The notes under the pieces are model-generated. The model did no database searches. It was not told where the DNA came from and worked only from the letters and a program-made list of their open reading frames with translations. Below are positions 1-11,400 of a stretch of 64,000 nucleotides of DNA, in pieces. A program made the position numbers and the translations under genes. Location of the stretch: the NCBI RefSeq assembly GCF_021869535.1, contig NW_026262679.1, positions 52,390,001 to 52,454,000 on the forward strand. Reading direction: 5' to 3'. The stretch is from Mytilus californianus. Taxonomy: Eukaryota. The stretch's first letter is position 1, and every line of letters starts with the position of its first letter.

Positions 1-1310
1 TTTTCTACACTTTACACAAGTATTCCCCATTCCAAACTAAAAGACAAATTGAAAGAGTTGGTCATGCTTTGTTTCATAAAAAAAGAATGGCTTACGTAGA
101 TACAAGTTTCTTGTCTTAGGGCGGGATAAATCGTACTTTGTAAAAACTCACCCCGATTCAAACAAAAAATTCTCTGAAGCTGACATTATCAAAATGCTTG
201 ATTTCTTGATTGACAACATATTTGTTACGTTTGGAGGACGTGTTTTTCAACAAACAATCGTCATTCCCATGGGAACCAACTGTGATCCTCTTCTTGCCGA
301 CTTGTTCCTTTATTCATATGAGGCTGACTTCATACAGGAACTTCTCAGGAAGAAAAAAAAGAAGTTAGCAGTATCCTTTAATTTCACCTTCCGCTATATA
401 GATGATGTTCTCTCACTAAATAATTCAAAATTTGATGACTATGTTGAACGCATCTATCCCATCGAACTTGATATAAAGGATACAACAGATACAGCTAAGT
501 CTGCCTCATATCTTGACTTAAATCTAGAAATTGACAATGAGGGTCGGTTGAAAACAAAACTTTACAACAAAAGAGATGATTTCAGTTTCCCAATTGTGAA
601 CTTTCCATTTCTATGTAGCAACATTCCAGCAGCGCCTGCATATGAAGTAATATATCTCCCAGACGATACGATATTTCAGGGCTTGCATTCCCTATCATGC
701 TTTCCTTGATAGAGGGTTCCTTATTAAACTGTATTAAACCAATAGTTCCAAGCGGTGAAGTCGAAATCATCCCTTCGCAAATTTTACAGGCGCCATCACG
801 AGTTGGTTGACCGTTATGGAATATCTGCTTCACAGATGACGAGTATATATCTCCCAGTTGATACGAAATTCCAGGGCTTGTGTTTCCTATCATGATTTCC
901 TTGATAGAGGGTTGCTGCTCACAAGGAAGCTATTAAACCAAGAGCTCCAAGTGGTGAAGTTGAAATCATCCCTTCGTAAATGTACGGACGCCATCACGAG
1001 TTGATTGACCGTTATGGAATATCTGTTTCACTGTTGACGACGGATACGTTCCAATTGTCGTAACTACAATCTCGTCCCCTTCCTCCGAATGTGACCTGCC
1101 GAATTGGACATATCACCGGGTTTGTACTGACATTAGCAACATGTGGAGCAGGATTTGCTTACCCTTCCGGAGCACCCGAGATCACCCCCAGTTTTTGGTG
1201 GGGTTTGTGTTGCTCAGTCTTTGGTTTTCTATGTTTTTTTGTGTACTGTTGTTTGTCTGTTTGTCTTTTTCTTTTTTAGCCATGACGTTGTCGGTTTATT
1301 TTCGACTATT
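1..1310 (+). mobile_element. Degenerate Penelope-like retroelement fragment (RT C-terminal half plus 3' region)
   Basis: ORF 194-709 has RT motifs (QQTIVIPMGTNCDPLLADLFLYSYE, FRYIDDVLSLNN) and then frameshifts. The RT C-terminal region is locally duplicated (~653-843 / ~847-1040). The 3' non-coding part (1140-1310) matches many short copies elsewhere in the window. Family assignment is from motif recall. Confidence 0.85.
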
Positions 1311-3134
1311 ATGTATACAAGCGTTGTTTATTCAAGACACATCATAGGATGCATGTGTGAAGCACATGATTGGTACTGACATAGCCCTGGCTGCATGAGC
1401 ACTTCTTATTTGGTCATGAGGCATGAAGTGATACAGACGCTTCTAAGGTTTCCCCTGGATGCTAGATAGTTTTCAGTTTGAGTTTTGTTTGCTGACAGGG
1501 AAAGTCATACATTAGTTTTATCATAAAAAGTAACAAATTACCAACCCATCTCCCCTTCAACTACTCACTGTATATGAGAGTTAGAGTCTCAGCAAACCAG
1601 TGGCATTTCTTGAACTTCTTCAAGCTCTCTTTCGAAATTGACCACTGGTCTAATTTCTCATTTCCCCCCAAGTCATTATATGTAATACATCTACATGTAA
1701 TACATCTACATGTATTTCTCTCTTCACCGTCATTCTGACCCCCTTTTATCATCGCCACCTGCTATGATGAGAAACTTTGTCACGAACTTGATAATTTAAA
1801 TCCGTATGTATCAAAGCGCTATCCAAGTGGGACGAACATATCGACTGTTGCGATTAGCTACTGGGCGAACAATTATATAAATTACTTTGACACAGACAAA
1901 GGGATTTAGAAATCAATTTATTAAAATATTTATGAACTAGTGATATTTATAATAATTTTGAATATGCTCAGATATATCAAGGCTCGCTTAGAACATAAAA
2001 ACGATTTTTTTTATATTTATTATTTCAATTGTCGTAACCACAATCCGTCCTCTTTTCCACGATTGTGACAGTACCGAATAGACTCAACACCGACTTTGTA
2101 CTTACCATGAGCAACACGACGGATTCCACTCTGCTATCCCTTTCGGAGCACATGATATCCCCCCCCCCCCGCCCCTATCCCCAGTTTGGCGTTGTCAGTT
2201 TATCGCGACTTATAAGTTTTTAATGTCAATTGGTACCATCCACCTCTTTTTTCTGTTACATAAATGTTTAGATATTTTTCTTCATGCCAGATATAATTCT
2301 GTTGTTTTTTTATTATCTGTTCTTAAAAATCAGATGAAGATAAAAAGCTAAATCTTTTCTTGCTTTAATAAATGACATAACAATCATTAAAAATAATTAA
2401 ATATAATTAAATAGATATATTATAGTTCATAACAATGATAAAAAAAAGTGTTGAATTATAAAATGCCATTTTATATTTACAAAATGAAATCAATGATGTA
2501 CAATATTATTAAGTGAATATTTTAACAAATGCTGATGTATCCTCTACAAACATTCATCACAGTGGTATATTTCAAATACTAAATTCCAGAACGAATGGAC
2601 ATCTGACACATACACATTTTCGTGACTCCTTTACCATGTTTACAAATCCCATTGCCAGAAAATATTCGTTTTAGTGAAAATACATATTCTTTTGCGGCAA
2701 TGAATATTTTCTGATGGCTTTTGGTGTCTTTTTTCAGTGCAACTTTCATCAGGTATGCGTGAGACAAAATTTCGGTAAGCCAAATACATGTTTATAAACA
2801 CATTTAAACATTAAAATCCAATCAGATCTAAAGTTTAAAATAGCTGGGCAGAAATGCAGTCTCAGTTTTAGTGCGTTTATTAGTTTGCTGATTAAAACAA
2901 ATATATCAATTAGACAAGACCAGAACTGAACCCCTGATCATACACAGACGATTTCCTCGAAAACTGCTTGTTGAGTAGGAGCAACACAAACCCCGTTCCA
3001 ATATACAAAGATAGAATACCGATCACATATAATACTATAATTCCTCGAACTGTACCGACGGTGCGTTTATCTTTACTTCTAAAGAAACCGTTTAATCTCC
3101 TCAATTTTGAAAAATAACTCACTAACGCTACCCA

Positions 3135-3295
3135 TTATCGTGGAGGTATATCAACGCAGAATATGTCCGTACTCTGTTGAACACTAAAATAGGGATATAC
3201 TGGTGTGTAAACAATTTTATCTTCTATATTGTCTGATTCTTCTTCGTCTTCAATAGTCACCTTTCCGATAACACTCTCCATAAACGAAATACAGC
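3135..3295 (-). CDS. ARRDC: Alpha-arrestin (arrestin domain-containing protein), last coding exon
   Basis: Acceptor ttttcag|GC in phase 1 matches the upstream phase-1 donor. Encodes (S)CISFMESVIGKVTIEDEEESDNIEDKIVYTPVYPYFSVQQSTDIFCVDIPPR*, with the acidic patch and YxPxYPY typical of invertebrate alpha-arrestin tails. TAA at 3137-3135. Confidence 0.8.
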
Positions 3296-4369
3296 CTGAA
3301 AATTTGAATGATACCTACTGTTATATACATATTCGTCAGTGGCGTTTTTCTTTACTTCACATACATGTACTAATAAAACTAAACTCATCTTCATTTGGTA
3401 TCAAATCAAATATGAATTAAAAAAAAAACTAGGTGAGCTTTAAAACTTTGAAGATGAATAATAGAAGACAATATGATGAAAGCTGTTATTTAACGCAGAA
3501 TTGGAGAAATTGTTTTTTTTTTAATTCTCTACCAATGTTTGCTTGTATACATTTGAACACAGTAATATGTTATGTCAAATATAATGTTTAAGTACACCCT
3601 TTAACTTAATTATTATAATATGAATGTTTATCAAAAGTCGTCAATTTGTTCAGTGAGTAACAACCGTGCCCCTTCAAATATTTTAATTGCATAATGTTCT
3701 TTGAAAAATATATCTTGTAGCAATAACATCTTGTTGGGAAAGGCTACATATAATTGAAGTAATTATCGTTATACTTTCCCTTAATCCCAACAATTGAGAT
3801 TTCATCCAACACCGCTCTAATGTGTCACAATTGATAGTTAACCAAATAACTAATATAATGAGATAAACTACAAATAATCATACATTTAGTTACATTGTAC
3901 TGGGTAAAACATTACTTTGTCATAAAATTGAGAATGGAAATGGGGAATATGCCAAAGAGACAACAACCCGACCAATGAGCAGACAACAGCCGAAGGCCAC
4001 CAATGGATCTTCAACGTAGCGAGAAAATCCCGCACCCGTTGTGTACTAGTTCAGTGAAAATGATACCTTCTACTGGGTGTTCCTATTTAAGTTGAGACAG
4101 TTAAGACAAGTAAGTATTAGTATATTTTCAAAGTTGGAAAGGACTGCATATGAAATTTGAAATAAAAAGTGCAACTAAGCAAAACACACATTACATTACT
4201 TTTTACATGAAATTCTCGAGAGCATAAAGAAATGCTTTTAAATCCTAGCCATGTACTTACACATGAAATTCGTTCTGAATTTGATTAATAGGTTATGTCA
4301 GAAAGGTTCGGTTTTAATATCAAGACACAATTATATTTTCTTATTTGTGAGAGTCTAAATGGGGATTTT

Positions 4370-4560
4370 AGATTGATTGTTTGATTGATCGGTGTTTAAA
4401 GCCACTTTCAGTACTATTATGCTATTTCGTGGAGGTCAGTTTTCATTAGTGGAGGAAGCCAGAGAGTTCGGAGAGAACCACCGACCTTTGGTTTGAAAAC
4501 TGACAATCCTAATCAATTTAGATTGGAGTCGAGCGCACATGCCACATGCGGGTTTCGAAC
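4370..4560 (-). mobile_element. 5'-truncated SINE fragment (V/Meta-domain-like bivalve SINE)
   Basis: Minus strand reads ...GGTCGGTGGTTCTCTCCGAACTCTCTGGCTTCCTCCACTAATGAAAACTGACCTCCACGAAATAGC...GAAAGTGGCTTTAAACACC followed by a (CAAT)n-like tail. This resembles the conserved central domain and tail of tRNA-derived invertebrate SINEs (recall). The tRNA head is missing. Confidence 0.6.
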
Positions 4561-5221
4561 TATTTATAGAATAGTTAATAAATGAGCAAAACAATAGAAA
4601 AAAAAATAAAACGTGGAAGACATTAGGTACTCTGGTAATCATATCCTGCAGAAGGAAACATTTGCATGGTCAGACTTTCCATGAGCAACACGATAGGTGC
4701 CAAATGTGAAGCACGATCTGTTTATCCTTCCAGACCACCAGCCGTGGGATCACCCCGTTATTTTATGAACTGATGTCTTTTCGTCGTTATTTGTTTTTAA
4801 TCATGGTATTGTCGGTTTTTCTTAAGTTTAAGATTTTTATTGTTCCTTTGGTGTACTATGCCTTTAGAAACATAGTGGTGATATAAACCTTGTCTCTTCA
4901 GATAGCCATGACATACGTGTTCATAATTTTATTCATAATTTATATTTAAAGATGTCGGTTTGATTGAATATTTAAGTGAGTATGCTAAATGATTGGCCAA
5001 CCTGACCAAAAGCAACCAAAATTAAAAAAAAAAGCATTTCTCGACTCTAATCGAAAGCCTGTTCAGAAAACATACTTACAATTTGAGAAATACACCTTAG
5101 TTTACAAATTTATATGTTTGATGAATAAATTGGGGAACAATTCATCTTCAATTTACATTTTAAATCACTAAACAGTCGTACCCAGAAATACTAATATACT
5201 GATAACAAACGGAGTACTCAC

Positions 5222-5414
5222 TTTTTGGATTTGTAGATACAACTAAGCCATTTTTTACTTCCTTTTTCTGTATGTGATTCTCTTCATTTGGACTAGACGA
5301 TATAATGGTGGACTGAGTTAATGACCGAATTGTTGATTCCATTGGATATGTCCCTACTATTAGTTCCATTCTGACGGGTATATCAAAGGCTAATCCCGAT
5401 GGTTGTATAATCAC
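5222..5414 (-). CDS. ARRDC: Alpha-arrestin exon (end of arrestin-C domain and linker)
   Basis: Encodes VIIQPSGLAFDIPVRMELIVGTYPMESTIRSL...STNPK; the IVGTYP motif marks the end of arrestin-C. Donor A|gtgagt (phase 1). Acceptor is an atypical tttgag|GTG. Confidence 0.85.
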
Positions 5415-6594
5415 CTCAAATAATAAAGGTTTACATAACAATAATATTAAGTTGCTGACTACCATTGAATGCGACTTATAGCCGAATACTATAAGACATT
5501 ATAAACATAAACCACGAGCAATACGACGGGCACACCTAGATGAGTAAGAACTGTTTAACCTTCCGGAGCACCTTAGTTTATTCCTTTTTATCTAGGGTTC
5601 TTGTTGCTCAGTCTCGTGTTTTCTGTTTGGTGTTTGGTATACTGTTCTTCTTTTCCATTGATTCCTTGGTATCATTTTACTTCTTGTCTAATTTTCAATA
5701 TAAATGTACTAGTAAATAAGAAAAAGTAATGTAATTTTTATGTTTATAAATAATTTCATATTTGTTGAATTACGTTTTTTAAATGTGTTCAAAGTACATA
5801 TCAATTAAGACTTACCGTTTTGAAAGTAAAGGTCACGCATTTCATTTTATAGTAGTCGTCAGTAGATTTCGCATGCTATATTTTAATAATTACATTACAT
5901 GTATGTTTCATTATAATCAGTAATTTGGATTGGCTTACAACAATTGCGAGGCACTCCAATATCAAAATTTATTTTCGTATGAATACAACAATTTTAGAAT
6001 GAAGCGCTTTCGCTTTCGCCCTTCATACAAAATGTGCTTCGGTCAAAGCTTTTTGGATATTTGGGTGTTTCTGTTAAATTTATTCACAGCTTTTATTGAC
6101 TCGGGACGATCAAGTCCTTAAAGCTAGCCATATTGTGTAAACACCTGTTTAAGGTTGAAGACTTATAAGTAGATACCTTTTGATTCTTTTTGTCATTGGG
6201 TTGCTGGTTTTTGACGTTAACCCCACGTGCCCGTTTTACTGCATTACACATGTGTGTACGCTATTTTTGAATGAAATAAAATGTGTTACAGCTCTCACAT
6301 TTAAATTTATGACTTTTCACACAAGAATTGTAACTAGAAAAATATATGTAACTGGAAACACAACAAAAACAAAAAAATACATTAAATGAGCAAGCAATAA
6401 TCGATCTATGATTAAGTTTTTCAACAAAATATAGAAAATACTAGAGGGTCAGTATATATGATCCTTATTTTTGTAATTTTTAAGCCACTTTTCTTTATTC
6501 TAAATTGTTCAGCCTTTTATTCTCTATTTTTTGCTCAACATTCTGTATTCTGTAAACCTTTACCTGAGCCCCATACTAAAATCAATTTACTCAC

Positions 6595-6774
6595 TTCCAA
6601 AATGTAAGAAATATCAATTATATTACAGCCATTAAGAAATGAAGGCGGGATGGACGGTATCAGTAGCTTATTCTGAAGGACATCAGCTTCATGCGACTTT
6701 GACACTTTTCTTTTCATAGCGGCTATTACGTTCTGGTGTGTCTTTGACTTCTTCTGGGTATGATATCGAACATT
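6595..6774 (-). CDS. ARRDC: Alpha-arrestin exon (arrestin-C domain)
   Basis: ttacag|AAT ... GAA|gtgagt, 180 nt, phase 0/0. Encodes NVRYHTQKKSKTHQNVIAAMKRKVSKSHEADVLQNKLLIPSIPPSFLNGCNIIDISYILE, with the hallmark IPxxPPSxLxxCxIIDIxYxL. Confidence 0.92.
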
Positions 6775-8271
6775 CTGTAACATACATTAAAATTTGTTTT
6801 TTTTAAATGTATATAGGTTCTTTAATATCATTAAGGATTTATATTTCTATTTATAAGACAATGTTTTTGTGTAAATTTAATATTGATTTTTATATGGTTA
6901 TAGATTTCCAGGTTCAATTATTTTTATTTTCTTGGTAACTTTTAACGAAATACAATACCATATATGAACAAGATGTTGTGTTTTTTACAATTAAGACAAA
7001 TAAAAAGTGTAAAGTAGTAAATGTATACACAATATAACAATAAAATATGTGTCTTGTTATACTGGACCAAGACACTATAATGTCTTTCTAAGGAAATAAA
7101 ATGTACAATGTAGTATCCTCCTCTAATGCTTAGTAGGGGTTGTATTTTTCAAATATGTTTGCCTTCTGTCTTGTTTGTTTCTATGTTGTGTCGTCACGCC
7201 ACTCTCCCAGGTATTTGGAAAGGATGCGCTAAAAAACATGTTTAATGGTGCCTGAATACTTTATGTGTCTCTGCAAAGTCAAAATCCTGTAATTCAGTGG
7301 TTGTCGTTGGTTGTTGTCTGCCGTATTTGTTTTTCGTTATTGTTTTTTTTTATATATATCAGGCTGTTGGTTTTCTCTATTGAATTGTTTGTCATGTAAG
7401 GGATTTTTATAATACATGTAGCTGACTATATGGTATGAGTTTTGGTCATGGTTGAAGATCGTACTGTGCCCTTTAGTTGCTTAAATCTACGTCATTTGGT
7501 CTCAGCTTGATAGCTGTGTCATTGGCAATCATACCACATCTCCTTATTCTTATATTTTATGGTATTTTAATTTTAAAAAATGTTTATGAGCGTACGGTAT
7601 GTTGTTCTAGAATAATCTTCATCAGATATGCTTCAGACCAAACGTTTTGAAAACCAGACATATAAAGCAGTTAAGAGCATAAAACTCAGAAGATAGAACA
7701 GTCAAACCCGTTAAGGGTCAGCTTTGCAAAGGAGCTGCAGTATTATGGTTTTCTTTGTAAATGAAAATAATACTATATTAATGTAGTGCGTCTGAATCTC
7801 ATTTCTGGATTTACCTTTATAAGGAATAGCCAAACCTTAACATTTCAAAGTCAATGATGTATAAGATATAAACACGTGAAGAGCTGTATGATCAAAAGTG
7901 ACGCAGAAATAGCCAAATTCCTCTAATGCCAACTTTGCCCGAGGGAGTTGTACCGTTTTTGTAGACTGTTGTTGTTCTTTCATCGTTTTTGTATTTTGCC
8001 ATGTGGTCTGTTTCTCTTCGACTTAGTATTTTTTATTGTCCCTTTGTTGTCTTCTTTCTGTAGACGTTAGGCAACCAACAATCAATCAATCAATCTTCCT
8101 GTATTTTGCTTAAGTGCTAAACTCTCGACTACTTGACGAAAGGTATTCCCGGTCTCTTTTACTGGTCTCTATCAGTTTCGATATCTTACATCAATGTAAT
8201 TGTTAATATATAGTATGTGGCGTTTAACCACCACAATGCCTCAACGTTCTTGTTTTGAAGGATCTACTCAC

Positions 8272-8454
8272 CATGTGCAAGTACGCTTTAATGACAGAAA
8301 TCTTTCTCCGACTTAGATTTAATACTTCAGTAGTTATAGGAATAGCTTGACCCGGAACAAATCCTATGTTTTCAACGGATATTTTGACACTAATCGGATC
8401 GGACTTACAACACAAGCAACAAAACGTTGCTTCGTTGATGGCTTCGGATTTTTC
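8272..8454 (-). CDS. ARRDC: Alpha-arrestin exon (start of arrestin-C domain)
   Basis: tttcag|GAA ... ATG|gtgagt, 183 nt, phase 0/0. Encodes EKSEAINEATFCCLCCKSDPISVKISVENIGFVPGQAIPITTEVLNLSRRKISVIKAYLHM, with the CCLCCxSxPI and GFVPGQxI motifs. Confidence 0.93.
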
Positions 8455-11400
8455 CTGAAAAGAAAAAGGTGATAAAAATAGATGCATTTGCAAATTAAGG
8501 CTTTACGCACACGATTTATCATTTGAATTATGATTTTAATTAAAGGACAAAATGATGTTGTAATAATTGGCTCTTTCCCGTGTCTTTTTATTTTGTAATG
8601 CGCCATTTAATTACTTTTTGAATCTCAGGTATGACGTGCAGAATGTAATAAAGTGGTTGTATAAGACACAAATGCACATTAACTCTGTTTCAAGTATGTT
8701 TTTCCTTGAATTCAATTTGTTCTAATTGCATTGCAGTGTTCTATTATGTATTGGTTTCCTTTTGATCTTTTCCATGATTACCATCTACAAGTCAGTATGA
8801 TTGAATTTATATCTTTAGAAATTTATATCAATACGATATCATTTGAAAGATGGTCAGATTACTGACATGTCTCAGCTCACATGTTTTCGCGATCTTAAAT
8901 CTTAAGATACCAGAATAGTATGGGAAGGTTACTGATGGTCATCATATTTGAAATAAATTCGAATGATTTACACATGTCAAGAAAGTTGATATCTTTAGAA
9001 CGTTGGCGTTTCTTTGCGTATGATATGGCTTTTGAGGAAGAAAACGTTTATTTTTTTTTCACATACCAGTTTCTGCTTTTATGCCAGGTAAAGGAAACCG
9101 AGAAACGGAATAAATTGAATAATAATAAAGCCTCTGAGGAACGGCCACCTCAATAAATTGTATGATTATCGCAACTTTGATACTGCTTGACCATACCTCA
9201 ATGCTCTTCAACATCGCACTTTATTTGGCTCTTTTAACTTTTTTTTGTAGACGAACGCGCGCCGTGTTCTGGAGTACACAATTTTAATCTTGTTATGTGT
9301 GATGAGTTTAATTATACATAAGAGGGAACGATAAACATAAAATCTTAACTAAAACTGAGAAATCTTTTAAACTGTATTTCTAGCAACACTTGTCTTTTAA
9401 ACATATCAATAAGGGGCCACAAAATTCAAAAATAAACTTCAATACTTAACTGTTACAATACTAAAATGAGAATTTATGTCTTAACTTAATAATCATACAA
9501 ATATTTTTCCTTTTTGTTCTGTTAGTTTTCTAACTTAGGAGGGGTTATGCTGTTCATCATATTCGAATTAATTTAGAATGTTTTATTAGGAAGTTGATAA
9601 GGTTAGAACGATGCAGATTTTGATCAACTGTGTAGAATTCGTCGGATTTTCCGACAGCCAATTAGAAAAACTCGAAATTCTATTAACCGCTACTTATAAA
9701 TTTATTTGCCACTAGTATGCAGCACAATTCAGTAAAAAGATAAAACAACAGTTATAAAGATGTTATCCAAGTCCTTTAGTTTCGGATTTATTTATAATAA
9801 AAATGTACTTTCTTTCTTGATAAAAGATGATAATTACTTTGAAGATACTCGGCTTTCACAATTTACTTTTTGAGCGTTCTATACAAAAGTAAAACCAGAA
9901 AAACCCTCAGACGCACCAAATTATAAAGTATCTAATGCGCTAATTTGAAATTAAGAATACTATAGAGACTACAGCGTCTGCTTCATACCTCGACATAAGG
10001 AGCTACCTTTTGGTTTTTATGGACCCCCCCCCCAATTGAGATTTTTCCTTTCAAGCTTACTTTTCATAAGTTATGAACAAAAGGAGGTTTGGGGTATATG
10101 TAAATGTGACAACCAAACAACGCCAAAAAAAACCAACGGACAAAAACAACAGACAAGTGTCAAGTGAATAAATTAAACAGAAACAATTCTCCACAAAGCG
10201 ATCATCATTAAGATATGACATATGACAACAGTTGAAAATGTTTCTGTGTTTATATAAAACATTTTGTTCCCTTCAAGAAAGGACTACGTTGACTACTCGA
10301 AACAACACAATCACAGTTACGTATACATGCTTCACCAAGGATAAAAATTATATTCAGACTAAACTGATATTCGTCACTGCAAATCAAATTAGCGATCCCT
10401 ACAACAATATGTTCAATTATTATCATGTGAGTATACGTAGTTGCAAATGATTGAAAACACATTTTTCCTTCACATCCTTTCGCCGATTTTGACCTTTACC
10501 AAATTTAATTCATAACTGGTTATGACCAATGTGTAAAACTACGATGGTAGCATCCGAAGCAAGTTATCATTACCTTTCGGGCGCCTTAAATAACGATCGT
10601 TCTTTTTTTTGTTTTGTTTTTATGGGAATACAAATTAGCCGAGTTTGTAGATCTAACATAAACTGTTCATTGCTTGTTTGTTAAAGTGCTTGTCAGTTTT
10701 TATATGTTTACGTATGTTTTTCAGTCGGACGATACAACTCTTAATGTCTACATTTTTACAAACGGGTAAACATTCCGGTTTTTATATATACCGAATGTCA
10801 TAACGTTCCCAATACAATTGTGATGCATCGAAATGATAAATCTACAAAGGTCGCTCAAGTCATTATAGAAAAAAAGAATACATATAAAATTGATATTGGT
10901 GACAAATATAGTTGAATATCTTTACAGTTAGCTTTTTATTCAATTTTATGTTTTCAGTTGATCGTGTCAGGAAAACAAATGCATTCCTCTGAAATGAGAC
11001 AGAAGAATATGTAGTTGTGAAAACAATCCAAAAATGAAAATGATAGAATATGGTATGATTGTCAATGAGACAACTATCTAAATAACGAGGGCAAATGACG
11101 AGGGTGTCATCAACTATAGGGCACCGTACGGCTTTCAACAATAGAAAAAACCCTGACCGTATAGTAGGCTATAAAAGGCCCCGGAATGACAAGATGTGAA
11201 ACAATTCAAAAGAGAAAACCAATAAAGCAGACAGCAACCAACGACAACAGCTTGATTGGTTACACGCCCTTCTAGGAGTAATGTTTTACAGTTTCGATAA
11301 ACCGTGTTCATCGTTGAAATCAATTTACAAATTTAAAACATATGAACATTATGTACGACAGTTGGGGCAAAAAGAAAATTGAATTAGTTATAAATATGAA

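Noticed and set aside
1320-1800. GC-richer, coding-looking stretch downstream of the arrestin gene
   Set aside because: All frames are interrupted and no family motif was recognised; it may be old TE debris.
2579-2767. 62-aa minus-strand ORF as a further arrestin exon
   Set aside because: It lies beyond both candidate stops, has no arrestin similarity and no convincing acceptor.
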